Notes under the pieces: model-generated
Seen by the model: the letters and a program-made list of their open reading frames with translations, nothing else
The model's database searches: none
Told to the model about the DNA's origin: nothing
Part shown: piece after piece, positions 31,066 to 47,496 of the stretch
Layout: each line of letters begins with the position of its first letter
Position numbering within the stretch: the first letter of the stretch is position 1
Position numbers and translations under genes: made by a program
From: Escherichia coli
GTDB taxonomy: Bacteria; Pseudomonadota; Gammaproteobacteria; Enterobacterales; Enterobacteriaceae
Strand: one strand, 5' to 3'
DNA: 64,000 bases
Assembly (NCBI RefSeq): GCF_003018255.1
Contig: NZ_CP027440.1

Positions 31066-31542
31066 TTGCGCTGGTTACCTTTTATTGCCATTTTCCTTTA
31101 TGTCTATATTGAGATTTCAATCTTTATTCAGGTTGCCCATGTATTGGGGGTATTGCTGACTCTCGTGCTGGTTATATTCACGTCAGTTATCGGTATGTCA
31201 CTGGTACGTAACCAGGGCTTTAAGAATTTCGTGCTGATGCAGCAAAAAATGGCGGCGGGTGAAAACCCAGCGGCGGAGATGATTAAAAGTGTTTCGCTGA
31301 TCATTGCCGGTTTGCTGCTTTTATTACCGGGCTTTTTCACCGACTTCCTCGGTCTTCTGCTTTTGTTGCCGCCGGTGCAAAAGCATCTGACAGTGAAGTT
31401 GATGCCGCATTTGCGCTTTTCTCGCATGCCAGGCGGCGGTTTTAGCGCCGGGACCGGTGGCGGTAATACTTTTGATGGTGAGTACCAGCGAAAGGATGAT
31501 GACCGCGACCGCCTTGATCATAAAGACGATCGCCAGGATTAA
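31066..31542 (+). CDS. fxsA: inner membrane protein FxsA
   Basis: 158 aa; synteny between aspA and yjeH. Confidence 0.85.
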   Translation: MRWLPFIAIFLYVYIEISIFIQVAHVLGVLLTLVLVIFTSVIGMSLVRNQGFKNFVLMQQKMAAGENPAAEMIKSVSLIIAGLLLLLPGFFTDFLGLLLLLPPVQKHLTVKLMPHLRFSRMPGGGFSAGTGGGNTFDGEYQRKDDDRDRLDHKDDRQD

Positions 31543-31557
31543 TGTCGAAACGCCGGA

Positions 31558-32814
31558 TTATGTGGTTATGCCATTTTCCGGCGTTTTTCGTTTTGGCAGA
31601 AACAGCCATAACCCCGCCAGCATGATCAGCGCATAGAGACTTTTCCAGCCGACCATTGTCAGTAACAGAACGCATAACAGCCCGCCAACCACCGCCAGTA
31701 GTCGATAACGTCCTTGCAATAATTTACAGCCTGCCAGCATGCATAACAGATAAATCATAATAAAGATGCCATTGGCATAAATAATAAGAGCGTCCAGATT
31801 GATCTCTAAAGCATGAATCACCAAAGTGCTCACCACGCAGCAGCCGAGCACCGCATTGAGGGCATTATTCGGGATATGGCGAGAAGAGAGGCGTGACAGG
31901 TAGTGGTCAGGATTATGTTGCGCCTGCGACCAGACCAGGCGGGCGAAGCTCTGTATATAAATGTTGAGACTGGCAAAGCAGGCCAGATAGCCAATCACGC
32001 AGGCAATCCATAACGCTCCTACACCGAACAACTGCACTACAATTTTTGGAAGCGATGCTGCCGCCGCCATTTTTTCACCATAGGCGTCGAAGTGTAAGAC
32101 GACTACCGTACATCCCCAGTAGACTAATCCTGCCAGCAGCAGACCAATCATCAAAGCACGAGGAAAATCACGCTCTGGATTTTTAAATTCCGAGGCGAGA
32201 TGGGCAAATGCCTCCAGACCGACAAAACACCAGAACATCACTGATAACGCAGCAAATAACCCGGTAAGTTCGATATTACCAGGTGCCGGGAAGGGGATAT
32301 TCGCAGGTTTGATATCGCCCGCCCACCAGATAGCGACAATCAGCGCGACGATAAGTCCGGCAATAACGGTTTGTAGATTTGCACTGGAACTGGCACCGCG
32401 AGTACCGATATACCACACCAACGCCAGCGTACCGAGTTCTGCCAACAACAGTTGCCAGCTATGCCAGCCAAACATTGCCTGGCCGAACCCGGCGGCAATT
32501 TGTAGTGCGGCAGGCAAACCCACGGGAATGACCGATAAAAACAGCCAGCCGGTGACTCGCTCAAGCCGCGAACCAAACGCCATACCGACGAAGTGCGCGA
32601 CGCCGCCTGCGCTGGGATAGTGGCGACCCAGAATCGCAAACACAATCGCAATCGGGAACACTAAGATAATCAAAACGGGCCACGCCCACAGGCTGTTATT
32701 GCCCGCTACCAGTGCAGCTAACGCAGGAACGGCAAACACGCCAGTGCCTAATAATGACGTCGATAGCAGGCCAATGCCCTGGGCCAGCCCCAGTTCTTGT
32801 TTGAGTCCACTCAT
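31558..32814 (-). CDS. yjeH: amino-acid exporter YjeH
   Basis: ORF 31558..32874; start at MSGLKQELGLAQGIG giving 418 aa; APC-type membrane protein. Confidence 0.85.
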   Translation of the reverse strand: MSGLKQELGLAQGIGLLSTSLLGTGVFAVPALAALVAGNNSLWAWPVLIILVFPIAIVFAILGRHYPSAGGVAHFVGMAFGSRLERVTGWLFLSVIPVGLPAALQIAAGFGQAMFGWHSWQLLLAELGTLALVWYIGTRGASSSANLQTVIAGLIVALIVAIWWAGDIKPANIPFPAPGNIELTGLFAALSVMFWCFVGLEAFAHLASEFKNPERDFPRALMIGLLLAGLVYWGCTVVVLHFDAYGEKMAAAASLPKIVVQLFGVGALWIACVIGYLACFASLNIYIQSFARLVWSQAQHNPDHYLSRLSSRHIPNNALNAVLGCCVVSTLVIHALEINLDALIIYANGIFIMIYLLCMLAGCKLLQGRYRLLAVVGGLLCVLLLTMVGWKSLYALIMLAGLWLFLPKRKTPENGITT

Positions 32815-32976
32815 GGGTTGATGTCCGATTGCGCCCAAATTTTGGGCAACTGCGTAGATTTTCGATGGTAGCACAATCAGATTCGCTTATGACGGCGATG
32901 AAGAAATTGCGATGAAATGTGAGGTGAATCAGGGTTTTCACCCGATTTTGTGCTGATCAGAATTTTTTTTCTTTTT

Positions 32977-33010
32977 CCCCCTTGAAGGGGCGAAGCCTCA
33001 TCCCCATTTC
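32977..33010 (+). promoter_or_regulatory. groE heat-shock (sigma-32) promoter
   Basis: CCCCCTTGAA (-35) and CCCCATTTC (-10) with about 15 bp spacing upstream of groES, matching the sigma-32 consensus. Confidence 0.7.
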
Positions 33011-33038
33011 TCTGGTCACCAGCCGGGAAACCACGTAA

Positions 33039-33383
<345 letters not shown>

Positions 33384-33414
33384 TCCGCGCACGACACTGA
33401 ACATACGAATTTAA

Positions 33415-35073
<1,659 letters not shown>

Positions 35074-35097
35074 TTGCCCTGCACCTCGCAGAAATAA

Positions 35098-35136
35098 ACA
35101 AACCCCCGGGCAGAAATGTCTGGGGGTTTTTCTTTT
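35098..35136 (+). terminator. groE operon rho-independent terminator
   Basis: AAACCCCCGGGCAGAAATGTCTGGGGGTTTTTCTTTT hairpin plus T-run right after the groEL stop. Confidence 0.7.
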
Positions 35137-35210
35137 GGTCATCTTTCTAGTATAAGATTCAGACACGGACGACGCGAGTGGCGTCCAGCTCATTGATTAT
35201 GGGGAATAAC

Positions 35211-35564
35211 ATGCACGTAAAATACTTAGCAGGGATTGTCGGTGCCGCGCTACTGATGGCGGGTTGTAGCTCCAGCAACGAATTGAGTGCTGCCGGTCAG
35301 AGTGTACGCATTGTGGACGAGCAGCCAGGCGCAGAGTGCCAGCTGATTGGTACTGCGACAGGTAAGCAAAGCAACTGGCTTTCCGGGCAACACGGAGAAG
35401 AAGGCGGTTCTATGCGCGGCGCAGCAAACGATCTGCGCAACCAAGCGGCTGCAATGGGCGGTAACGTGATTTATGGCATCAGCAGCCCGTCGCAGGGAAT
35501 GTTGTCCAGTTTTGTCCCGACGGATAGCCAGATTATCGGCCAGGTATATAAGTGCCCGAACTGA
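35211..35564 (+). CDS. yjeI: lipoprotein YjeI
   Basis: ORF 35178..35564; start at MHVKYLAGIVGAALLMAGCSS (lipoprotein signal, lipobox LMAGC). Confidence 0.8.
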   Translation: MHVKYLAGIVGAALLMAGCSSSNELSAAGQSVRIVDEQPGAECQLIGTATGKQSNWLSGQHGEEGGSMRGAANDLRNQAAAMGGNVIYGISSPSQGMLSSFVPTDSQIIGQVYKCPN

Positions 35565-35613
35565 TGTGATCCAGAGGCTGGATACTTCCAGCCTCGTAGT
35601 AAAACAGATGGGA

Positions 35614-36483
35614 TTATTTCGCCTGTGGTGCAGTTTTGCTGGTGGATTGAACACGTAAGTGATGCAGCGCGCGTAAGCATTGATCCTGGGTTAGCGGTTG
35701 GGCGTTATTTGCCGCTACGGTGCGAACATAGACCTGACATGGCACACCCGCGAGTTTTTTCAGTCGGGGGCTGAAATCAAGCATTCGGCGAGTGATCGCC
35801 TCCACTTCTTTACCCGGCGTTGCTTCACGCGTTTTCACCACTGCGCCGCTAAATTGTTCTTTGCCACTTTCATCTTTAAAGCGGTAAAGCACCGCCAGAT
35901 AATGGTTGAACAAGTTATGTTTCCATTCCGGTTGGGAATAGGTGTCATATTCCAGATTGCCATTGTCCTGGCAGTCAACGTCGTATAACGGCAGGAAATC
36001 TAACAGTGAAGTAATACGTAATGCCAGTTCACGCATTTCCGCATTATTAATTGCATGAATGATTGCTCGCGCCAGCATTTCAATCTGTAATTCATTGATG
36101 ACTAACTCACATTTGCTACCGTCATGTAGTGTTAATACGAAGGTAAGATTTTCGCCCTGATTATCGGTAAGTTCCAGCGTGTTAACCCGACGATTAATAT
36201 CGGCATTTTTAAGCTCATCAACCAGAATTTCTGGGATATTTTCTGCCATTTTCTTAATGACTTTATCGCGAGCTTGCTCATACTGAAGGCGTGCAGCAGC
36301 ATCCAGTTTATGCTTTTGATGCAGACGGCTTTCCAGCGCAATCAGCAGGTCGCGCAGTTCCATGACAGACAGAAAGAACAACGATTCTTTATTGCGAGGC
36401 TCTTTAATTTTCAGCGCCAGTGCAATGAAATTATTGCTCTTGCGAATAACACCGGTATTAACACCCTTGATGCTTATGGCCAT
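35614..36483 (-). CDS. yjeJ: uncharacterised protein YjeJ
   Basis: ORF 35614..36513; start at MAISIKGVNTGV; K-12 synteny. Confidence 0.75.
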   Translation of the reverse strand: MAISIKGVNTGVIRKSNNFIALALKIKEPRNKESLFFLSVMELRDLLIALESRLHQKHKLDAAARLQYEQARDKVIKKMAENIPEILVDELKNADINRRVNTLELTDNQGENLTFVLTLHDGSKCELVINELQIEMLARAIIHAINNAEMRELALRITSLLDFLPLYDVDCQDNGNLEYDTYSQPEWKHNLFNHYLAVLYRFKDESGKEQFSGAVVKTREATPGKEVEAITRRMLDFSPRLKKLAGVPCQVYVRTVAANNAQPLTQDQCLRALHHLRVQSTSKTAPQAK

Positions 36484-36717
36484 GTAGGTTCTCCCTAACC
36501 ATTTCTCAATCAAATAATTAATTTTAATTTATAAGCCAGATAAATGGGCTTGGTAGTAATAGTTGTTAAAATAACATAAATAGCCGTGCTCACTCTATAT
36601 AAACAGAAAAGAAAGGTTAATTATTGGTGTTGGTTATATAAAAAGTAATAACAGCAATGTATATGAATAATTAAAGGTTATGCAACGTGCAAAGATTAAA
36701 CTTCCCTGTTTAATCAG

Positions 36718-37746
36718 TTACTGCTGGCGTAGCTGGAGATCCAGCGGCGTTTTGCTGGGTTCGCCGCCAATTTCTCGCGCCAGTTTAGGCACCAGATATC
36801 CCGACACCAGTGTCAGCAACTCACGCATAATCTGCCGTGCTTCGTCATCACTCACCATAAAATGCGCCGCGCCCTGTACTTTATCGAGCACATGCAGGTA
36901 ATACGGCATCACGCCCGCATCGAACAACGCATTACTCAGGTTTGCCAGCGTTTGCGCGTTATCGTTCACACCACGTAACAGAACGCTCTGGTTGAGCAAA
37001 GTAACGCCTACCCGGCGCAACTTAGCCATCGCCTGACGGAATGTTTCATCTACCTCATTGGCATGGTTAATGTGATTCACCAGCAAGATTTGCAGCGTAG
37101 AATGAGAAAAGCGTTCAACCAGCGCATCTGTGATGCGTGCCGGGATCACAATCGGCAGACGGCTGTGAATCCGCAGACGTTTGATATGCGGGATGGCTTC
37201 CAGTTGTGTGAGCAACCAGTCCAGCTCGTGATCTTTCGCCATCAGCGGATCGCCGCCGGAGAAAATCATCTCGTCCAGTTCCGGATGCGCAGCAACATAC
37301 TCAAGTGCAGTCTGCCAGTTACGCTTGTTGCCCTGATTTTCGGCATAGGGGAAGTGGCGACGGAAGCAATAGCGGCAATTTACCGCGCAGCCGCCTTTGA
37401 CCAGCAAAAGCGCCCGGTTGTGGTATTTATGCAACAAACCTGGCACTACGCTGTGCTGTTCTTCCAGCGGGTCGGTGGAGAATCCGGGCGCGACAACAAA
37501 CTCATCTTGCGAGGTAAGTACCTGACGCAAAAGCGGATCGTTCGGATTGCCTTTCTCCATGCGATCGATAAATGAGCGGGGCACACGCAGGGCAAACAGC
37601 TTTTTGGCGCTGCGCCCGGCCAACAGTTTTTCGTCCGCGTCTATATTCAAAAGACGCAGAAGTTCATCAGGATCGGTCACAACATCGGCAAGTTGCGTTA
37701 ACCAATCTTCTCTGGATGGGGTATTTAGGGTTACAATATGCGCCAT
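36718..37746 (-). CDS. epmB: EF-P beta-lysylation protein EpmB (lysine 2,3-aminomutase-like radical SAM)
   Basis: 342 aa; CxxxCxxC radical-SAM motif (CAVNCRYCF); divergent from efp. Confidence 0.9.
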   Translation of the reverse strand: MAHIVTLNTPSREDWLTQLADVVTDPDELLRLLNIDADEKLLAGRSAKKLFALRVPRSFIDRMEKGNPNDPLLRQVLTSQDEFVVAPGFSTDPLEEQHSVVPGLLHKYHNRALLLVKGGCAVNCRYCFRRHFPYAENQGNKRNWQTALEYVAAHPELDEMIFSGGDPLMAKDHELDWLLTQLEAIPHIKRLRIHSRLPIVIPARITDALVERFSHSTLQILLVNHINHANEVDETFRQAMAKLRRVGVTLLNQSVLLRGVNDNAQTLANLSNALFDAGVMPYYLHVLDKVQGAAHFMVSDDEARQIMRELLTLVSGYLVPKLAREIGGEPSKTPLDLQLRQQ

Positions 37747-37787
37747 TTTGTGGCTTAGCTACCAATTAACAAATTTCAGAGGGCCTT

Positions 37788-38354
37788 ATGGCAACGTACT
37801 ATAGCAACGATTTTCGTGCTGGTCTTAAAATCATGTTAGACGGCGAACCTTACGCGGTTGAAGCGAGTGAATTCGTAAAACCGGGTAAAGGCCAGGCATT
37901 TGCTCGCGTTAAACTGCGTCGTCTGCTGACCGGTACTCGCGTAGAAAAAACCTTCAAATCTACTGATTCCGCTGAAGGTGCTGATGTTGTCGATATGAAC
38001 CTGACTTACCTGTACAACGACGGTGAGTTCTGGCACTTCATGAACAACGAAACTTTCGAGCAGCTGTCTGCTGATGCAAAAGCAATTGGCGACAACGCCA
38101 AATGGTTGCTGGATCAGGCAGAGTGTATCGTAACTCTGTGGAATGGTCAGCCGATCTCCGTTACTCCGCCGAACTTCGTTGAGCTGGAAATCGTTGATAC
38201 CGATCCGGGCCTGAAAGGTGATACCGCAGGTACTGGCGGCAAACCAGCTACCCTGTCTACTGGCGCTGTGGTTAAAGTTCCGCTGTTCGTACAGATCGGC
38301 GAAGTCATCAAAGTGGATACCCGCTCTGGTGAATACGTCTCTCGCGTGAAGTAA
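37788..38354 (+). CDS. efp: elongation factor P
   Basis: 188 aa [22 protein letters not shown]... with the modified-lysine loop KPGKGQA. Confidence 0.97.
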
Positions 38355-38405
38355 TGCGGTTGTGGTGCGGCCTGCAGGCTGCACCATCACTTATTCAGGT
38401 CAGAG

Positions 38406-38531
38406 ATGATGAAACGCCTTATCGTTCTTGTTTTGCTTGCCAGTGCGCTGCTCACGGGCTGTAACACCGCTCGCGGTTTTGGTGAAGACATTAAACATCT
38501 CGGCAACTCCATCTCCCGCGCTGCCAGCTAA
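38406..38531 (+). CDS. ecnA: entericidin A lipoprotein (antidote)
   Basis: Hand-translated 41 aa MMKRLIVLVLLASALLTGCNTARGFGEDIKHLGNSISRAAS with lipobox. Confidence 0.8.
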   Translation: MMKRLIVLVLLASALLTGCNTARGFGEDIKHLGNSISRAAS

Positions 38532-38641
38532 TTTTTCTTCTCCTCCGAAAAATCATCAGATTTCCATCATTTTTGGCGATGTTGTCTATTATTAATTTGC
38601 TATAGGCAAACATAAATAACATTACCTAAAAGGAAGACGTT

Positions 38642-38788
38642 ATGGTGAAGAAGACAATTGCAGCGATCTTTTCTGTTCTGGTGCTTTCAACAGTATTAAC
38701 TGCCTGCAACACCACGCGTGGCGTTGGTGAAGACATTTCTGATGGCGGTAACGCGATTTCTGGCGCAGCAACGAAAGCGCAGCAGTAA
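38642..38788 (+). CDS. ecnB: entericidin B lipoprotein (bacteriolytic toxin)
   Basis: Hand-translated 48 aa [48 protein letters not shown]. Confidence 0.8.
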
Positions 38789-38794
38789 GCAATA

Positions 38795-38830
38795 ACGGTA
38801 CGACAGCTGTGTCGTGCCGTTTGTTTTTTT
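38795..38830 (+). terminator. rho-independent terminator after ecnB
   Basis: Imperfect hairpin GGTACGACA GCTG TGTCGTGCC followed by GTTTGTTTTTTTT. Confidence 0.55.
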
Positions 38831-38963
38831 TGCGATAGTCACAAAGGTAATAGTTGAAATTCCCCTGCCACCTGGCAAAATATCCGTTCAACCATCAGCT
38901 TTGCAGGACGACCTGCAAACGCCTCTTTTCACCGGGGACGGCCCCAATTCTCCGGAGCCTGAT

Positions 38964-39281
38964 ATGTCCTGGATTATCTTAGTTATTGCTGGTCTGCTGG
39001 AAGTGGTATGGGCCGTTGGCCTGAAATATACCCACGGCTTTAGTCGTTTGACGCCAAGTGTTATTACTGTGACGGCGATGATTGTCAGTATGGCGCTACT
39101 TGCCTGGGCGATGAAATCGTTACCAGTAGGGACGGCTTATGCCGTGTGGACGGGTATTGGCGCAGTCGGCGCGGCCATCACCGGCATTGTGCTGCTCGGC
39201 GAGTCCGCTAACCCGATGCGCCTGGCGAGTCTGGCGTTAATCGTATTGGGGATTATTGGTCTGAAACTCAGCACTCACTAA
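38964..39281 (+). CDS. gdx: SMR-family guanidinium exporter Gdx (SugE)
   Basis: 105 aa [26 protein letters not shown]... within ORF 38814..39281. Confidence 0.9.
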   Translation: MSWIILVIAGLLEVVWAVGLKYTHGFSRLTPSVITVTAMIVSMALLAWAMKSLPVGTAYAVWTGIGAVGAAITGIVLLGESANPMRLASLALIVLGIIGLKLSTH

Positions 39282-39815
39282 CTAACTACCGGGCTGCTGT
39301 ACCCAAATAAACTTACTGACATCAAACCCTTCCCGGGTCGCGACTGCCAGCATCTCCTGTTTCACTTCGTCAGAAATGGTTGGCGTGCGGGAGAGTATCC
39401 ACAGGTAGTCGCGGTCCGGACCGCAAACCAGCGCATGGCGGTATTCCCGATCGAGTGCAATAACGTTATAACCGCCATAGAAAGGACCAAAGAATGACAC
39501 TTTCAGCGCAGCGCGAGTTGGTGCGCCGGTAAAGTACGCTTTCCCTTCACTCTGCTGCCACATTTCTCTGTCAGGGTTATAGCCTTTATTAATGACATTC
39601 AGGCCGCCGTCATCACGCAGGCTGTATGTTGCGGTGACTTTTTCCAGTCCACGTTCAAAACGGTGATCAAAACGGGCAATCTCATACCAGGTACCGAGAT
39701 AGCGTTTAGCATCGAAATTATTCACTACGGTCACGCCACGGGGCGGCGTAGGAGAACTGCAGGCAACGACCAGAAATGCAGCTGTCGCTGCGGCAACGAG
39801 AGGGAGCAGGCGCAT
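39282..39815 (-). CDS. blc: outer-membrane lipocalin Blc
   Basis: 177 aa with lipoprotein signal (VVACSS); synteny next to ampC. Confidence 0.9.
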   Translation of the reverse strand: MRLLPLVAAATAAFLVVACSSPTPPRGVTVVNNFDAKRYLGTWYEIARFDHRFERGLEKVTATYSLRDDGGLNVINKGYNPDREMWQQSEGKAYFTGAPTRAALKVSFFGPFYGGYNVIALDREYRHALVCGPDRDYLWILSRTPTISDEVKQEMLAVATREGFDVSKFIWVQQPGS

Positions 39816-39903
39816 AAATGTTTCCTTACTGGTTTTTTTCTAAGTGTAGATGACAGCAAGGAAAAGCGGAGAAAAGGTCCAAAAATTCGGACCCGATGAA
39901 ATT

Positions 39904-41459
<1,556 letters not shown>

Positions 41460-41469
41460 CTCAGGCTCC

Positions 41470-42602
<1,133 letters not shown>

Positions 42603-42610
<8 letters not shown>

Positions 42611-44411
42611 TCGCCTTCTCCTTCTTATTGGCTGCTTCCGCCTTATCGGCTGCATCCGCTTCGCCACCGTAAACACGTTTAGCTGGCGGCAGCGTAGTAA
42701 TCTTCACGTCGCTGTACTCCAGGCGAGTTGTGCCATCAGCATCGCGGAAGGCGAGGGTGTGTTTGAGGAAGTTGACGTCGTCACGCTCGGTGCAACCTTC
42801 GTCCAGACGCTGGTGCGCGCCGCGGGACTCTTTACGTGCCATTGCGGAGTGCGCCATACATTCAGCAACGTTCAGACCGTGGCCCAGCTCAATGGTGTAG
42901 AGCAGGTCGGTGTTGAACACGCTGGAAGTGTCGGTGATGCGCACGCGCTTGAAGCGTTCCTGCAGCTCTGCCAGCTTGTCGATGGTTTTCTGCATCAGTT
43001 CCGGCGTACGGTAGATACCGCAGCCTTCTTCCATGGCCATGCCCATTTCGTCGCGGATCTTAGCCCAGTTTTCGCCGCCATCCTGGTTAACCAGATCTTT
43101 CAGGCGCTGTTCAACGCCAGCAACCTGAGCATTGATTGCTGCATCGTTGCCATTACCGGCAGTAGATGCGCGTTCCATAGCTTGCTCACCGGCCAGACGA
43201 CCGAAGACCACCAGTTCCGCCAGCGAGTTGGAGCCCAGACGGTTCGCACCGTGCAGACCAACAGAGGAACATTCACCCACGGCGAACAGACCTTTAATGC
43301 GGGTTTCACAGTTCTGATCGGTTTCGATACCGCCCATGGTGTAGTGTGCGGTCGGACGTACCGGAATCGGTTCTTTAACCGGATCGACGCCAACGTACGC
43401 TTTCGCCAGTTCGCAGATGAACGGCAGACGTTCATGCAGTTTTTTCTCGCCGAGGTGACGCAGGTCGAGATAAACCACATCGCCACGTGGCGTGGAGATG
43501 GTGTTGCCTTTACGCCATTCGTGCCAGAAGGCCTGAGAAACTTTGTCGCGTGGACCCAGTTCCATATATTTGTTTTTCGGCTCGCCCAGCGGAGTTTCCG
43601 GGCCCATGCCGTAATCTTGCAGATAACGGTAGCCATTTTTGTTGACCAGAATACCACCTTCACCGCGGCAGCCTTCTGTCATCAGGATACCGGAACCGGG
43701 CAGACCGGTTGGGTGATACTGAACGAATTCCATGTCACGCAGCGGAACGCCGTGGCTTAGCGCCATACCCATACCGTCACCGGTAACGATGCCGCCGTTG
43801 GTGTTGTAACGATAAACGCGACCCGCACCGCCGGTAGCCATAACGACCGCGTTAGCACGGATCTGCACCAGCGTGCCTTCCATCATGTTCATTGCTACCA
43901 GGCCGCGAACATGACCATCATCAACCAGAATATCCAGCACGAAATGTTCGTCAAAACGCTGGATCTGCGGGAATTGCAGAGAGGTCTGGAACAGCGTGTG
44001 CAGCATATGGAAGCCGGTCTTATCGGCGGCGAACCAGGTGCGCTCGATTTTCATGCCGCCGAAGCGACGTACGTTGACGCTACCATCCGGGCGACGGCTC
44101 CATGGGCACCCCCACAGTTCCAGTTGGGTCATTTCGGTTGGGCAGTGGTGGACGAAATAATCCACGACATCCTGCTCACACAACCAGTCGCCACCCGCTA
44201 CTGTATCGTGAAAGTGATATTCGAAGCTGTCATGATCCTGCGCGACAGCGGCGGAGCCCCCTTCTGCAGCAACGGTATGGCTACGCATCGGGTATACTTT
44301 TGAGATTAGTGCGATTTTTGCATTTGGATTTGCCTGCGCGGCAGCAATTGCAGCACGTAATCCCGCGCCACCGGCGCCTACAATGGCAAGATCGGCTTGA
44401 AAGGTTTGCAC
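42603..44411 (-). CDS. frdA: fumarate reductase flavoprotein subunit
   Basis: 602 aa [24 protein letters not shown]... with FAD-binding fold. Confidence 0.97.
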
Positions 44412-44735
44412 GACATTCCTCCAGATTGTTTTTATCCCACAGCCCCGTACTTCAGGGTAAGTGCCTGAAAGTTACGGTCTGCGAACGCTATTCCACTGCT
44501 CCTTTATAGGTACAACAGTATAGTCTGATGGATAAGTCTGAAATTTGACGAGATCGATTTTTTTAGTGCGCAAGAGGGCTAAATTATCACTGAAGATGAT
44601 TAATTTAATTACTAAACCATCAGATCGTGCTTTTTTTAGTCACTGCCCACCCTTGTTTGATTCCTGCGTAAAATTTGTCTCGCCGTCGCGTTGCGAGTAG
44701 ACTTCGTGCCCTTGTCAAAAACTGGAGATTTAACT

Positions 44736-45713
44736 ATGAGCGAAACGGCATCCTGGCAGCCGAGCGCATCCATTCCTAACTTATTAAAACGCGCGGCGAT
44801 TATGGCGGAGATCCGTCGTTTCTTTGCCGATCGTGGAGTGCTGGAGGTGGAGACGCCTTGTATGAGCCAGGCGACGGTAACCGATATTCATTTGGTCCCG
44901 TTTGAGACACGTTTCGTAGGCCCCGGGCATTCGCAGGGGATGAATCTCTGGTTAATGACCAGCCCGGAATACCATATGAAACGCCTGCTGGTTGCTGGTT
45001 GTGGGCCGGTATTCCAGCTGTGCCGCAGCTTCCGTAATGAAGAGATGGGGCGTTATCACAACCCTGAGTTCACTATGCTTGAGTGGTATCGACCGCACTA
45101 TGATATGTACCGGTTGATGAACGAGGTGGACGATCTCTTGCAACAGGTGCTGGACTGTCCGGCAGCAGAAAGCCTTTCTTATCAACAAGCTTTCTTGCGT
45201 TATCTGGAAATTGACCCACTCTCTGCCGACAAAACGCAACTGCGGGAAGTGGCAGCGAAACTGGATTTGAGCAACGTTGCCGATACTGAAGAAGACCGCG
45301 ACACGCTTCTACAATTGCTGTTTACCTTTGGCGTAGAGCCAAATATTGGCAAAGAAAAACCGACCTTTGTGTACCACTTTCCAGCCAGCCAGGCATCACT
45401 GGCGCAAATCAGTACCGAAGATCATCGGGTCGCTGAACGCTTTGAGGTTTATTATAAAGGTATTGAGCTGGCGAATGGTTTCCATGAATTGACGGATGCC
45501 CGTGAGCAGCAACAACGCTTTGAACAAGATAACCGTAAGCGCGCGGCGCGCGGTTTGCCGCAGCACCCCATTGACCAGAATCTGATTGAAGCCTTGAAAG
45601 TCGGTATGCCTGACTGTTCCGGCGTGGCATTAGGCGTTGATCGTCTGGTGATGTTGGCGCTGGGCGCGGAGACACTGGCTGAAGTCATCGCCTTTAGCGT
45701 TGACCGGGCATAA
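44736..45713 (+). CDS. epmA: EF-P lysine-34 lysyltransferase EpmA (PoxA)
   Basis: ORF 44691..45713; ATG at 44736 ([14 protein letters not shown]) gives 325 aa; class II aaRS-like core. Confidence 0.9.
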   Translation: MSETASWQPSASIPNLLKRAAIMAEIRRFFADRGVLEVETPCMSQATVTDIHLVPFETRFVGPGHSQGMNLWLMTSPEYHMKRLLVAGCGPVFQLCRSFRNEEMGRYHNPEFTMLEWYRPHYDMYRLMNEVDDLLQQVLDCPAAESLSYQQAFLRYLEIDPLSADKTQLREVAAKLDLSNVADTEEDRDTLLQLLFTFGVEPNIGKEKPTFVYHFPASQASLAQISTEDHRVAERFEVYYKGIELANGFHELTDAREQQQRFEQDNRKRAARGLPQHPIDQNLIEALKVGMPDCSGVALGVDRLVMLALGAETLAEVIAFSVDRA

Positions 45714-45931
45714 TTCTGAAAAATTACTGAATTAACCGCGAAGAATGGCGTGATAAGCGCCATTCTGTAGCATATGTTTTCATTTTTCCGCTAAAGGCCA
45801 CAATTTAAGACTGGATATTTGATATCATCCAGGTATCAATTCTGTATTGGTTTTTACGCTGCCCGCTCAATGTTGGGCAGTGCAGTTCAGTGGGCGCGTT
45901 TTATACACGCGCTGAAATGAAGGATGTTTTC

Positions 45932-47434
45932 ATGCCTCACACGATAAAAAAGATGAGTCTGATAGGACTCATATTGATGATCTTTACTTCCGTATTTGGA
46001 TTTGCCAATAGCCCATCGGCTTATTACTTAATGGGTTATAGTGCGATTCCCTTTTATATATTTTCTGCATTGTTATTCTTTATTCCATTCGCCTTAATGA
46101 TGGCTGAAATGGGAGCTGCTTATCGCAAAGAAGAAGGCGGTATCTATTCCTGGATGAATAATAGTGTCGGACCACGTTTTGCCTTCATTGGTACGTTTAT
46201 GTGGTTTTCCTCTTATATCATCTGGATGGTGAGTACCTCCGCGAAAGTTTGGGTACCGTTCTCAACATTCCTCTATGGTAGCGACATGACCCAGCACTGG
46301 CGTATTGCCGGACTGGAGCCTACGCAGGTGGTTGGTCTGCTGGCAGTGGCATGGATGATTCTGGTCACCGTCGTTGCTTCAAAAGGGATTAATAAAATTG
46401 CCCGCATTACTGCGGTGGGCGGTATTGCAGTAATGTGTCTGAATTTAGTATTGCTGTTAGTAAGCATTACTATTTTGTTATTAAATGGTGGGCATTTCGC
46501 GCAGGATATTAATTTCCTTGCATCACCGAACCCAGGTTATCAGTCCGGTCTGGCAATGCTATCGTTTGTGGTATTTGCTATTTTTGCCTATGGTGGAATT
46601 GAAGCGGTTGGTGGTCTGGTCGATAAAACGGAAAATCCAGAAAAGAACTTTGCCAAAGGTATTGTTTTTGCCGCTATTGTTATTTCAATCGGTTATTCGC
46701 TGGCAATATTTTTATGGGGCGTCAGCACAAACTGGCAGCAGGTATTAAGTAATGGTTCCGTTAACCTCGGCAATATTACCTATGTGCTGATGAAGAGCCT
46801 CGGGGTGACGCTGGGTAACGCACTGCATTTGTCACCTGAAGCGTCATTGTCGCTGGGCGTATGGTTTGCGCGTATTACCGGACTTTCGATGTTCCTCGCT
46901 TATACCGGTGCGTTCTTTACGCTTTGCTATTCACCGCTGAAAGCCATCATCCAGGGGACGCCGAAAGCGTTGTGGCCGGAACCGATGACGCGCCTGAATG
47001 CGATGGGGATGCCGTCTATCGCCATGTGGATGCAGTGCGGGTTGGTTACTGTCTTCATCCTGCTGGTTTCGTTTGGTGGCGGTACCGCATCGGCGTTCTT
47101 TAACAAGCTGACGCTGATGGCGAACGTGTCTATGACGCTTCCTTACCTGTTCCTCGCGCTGGCTTTCCCATTCTTTAAAGCACGTCAGGATCTCGACAGA
47201 CCGTTTGTGATTTTCAAAACGCATATGTCGGCAATGATTGCAACAGTGGTTGTCGTACTGGTGGTGACATTTGCGAACGTCTTCACCATCATTCAACCTG
47301 TGGTTGAAGCTGGAGACTGGGACAGCACATTGTGGATGATTGGCGGCCCTGTCTTCTTCTCGCTGTTAGCGATGGCGATTTACCAGAACTATTGCAGTCG
47401 CATGGCGAACAAACCTGAGTTAGCTCTCGACTGA
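45932..47434 (+). CDS. yjeM: APC-family transporter YjeM
   Basis: ORF 45890..47434; start at MPHTIKKMSLIGL gives 500 aa; polytopic membrane protein. Confidence 0.85.
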   Translation: MPHTIKKMSLIGLILMIFTSVFGFANSPSAYYLMGYSAIPFYIFSALLFFIPFALMMAEMGAAYRKEEGGIYSWMNNSVGPRFAFIGTFMWFSSYIIWMVSTSAKVWVPFSTFLYGSDMTQHWRIAGLEPTQVVGLLAVAWMILVTVVASKGINKIARITAVGGIAVMCLNLVLLLVSITILLLNGGHFAQDINFLASPNPGYQSGLAMLSFVVFAIFAYGGIEAVGGLVDKTENPEKNFAKGIVFAAIVISIGYSLAIFLWGVSTNWQQVLSNGSVNLGNITYVLMKSLGVTLGNALHLSPEASLSLGVWFARITGLSMFLAYTGAFFTLCYSPLKAIIQGTPKALWPEPMTRLNAMGMPSIAMWMQCGLVTVFILLVSFGGGTASAFFNKLTLMANVSMTLPYLFLALAFPFFKARQDLDRPFVIFKTHMSAMIATVVVVLVVTFANVFTIIQPVVEAGDWDSTLWMIGGPVFFSLLAMAIYQNYCSRMANKPELALD

Positions 47435-47496
47435 TCATATGAAATCCTGCAACTCATCGTCTCTCCGGCGATGAGTTGTCTGGAAAGGAAGACGTT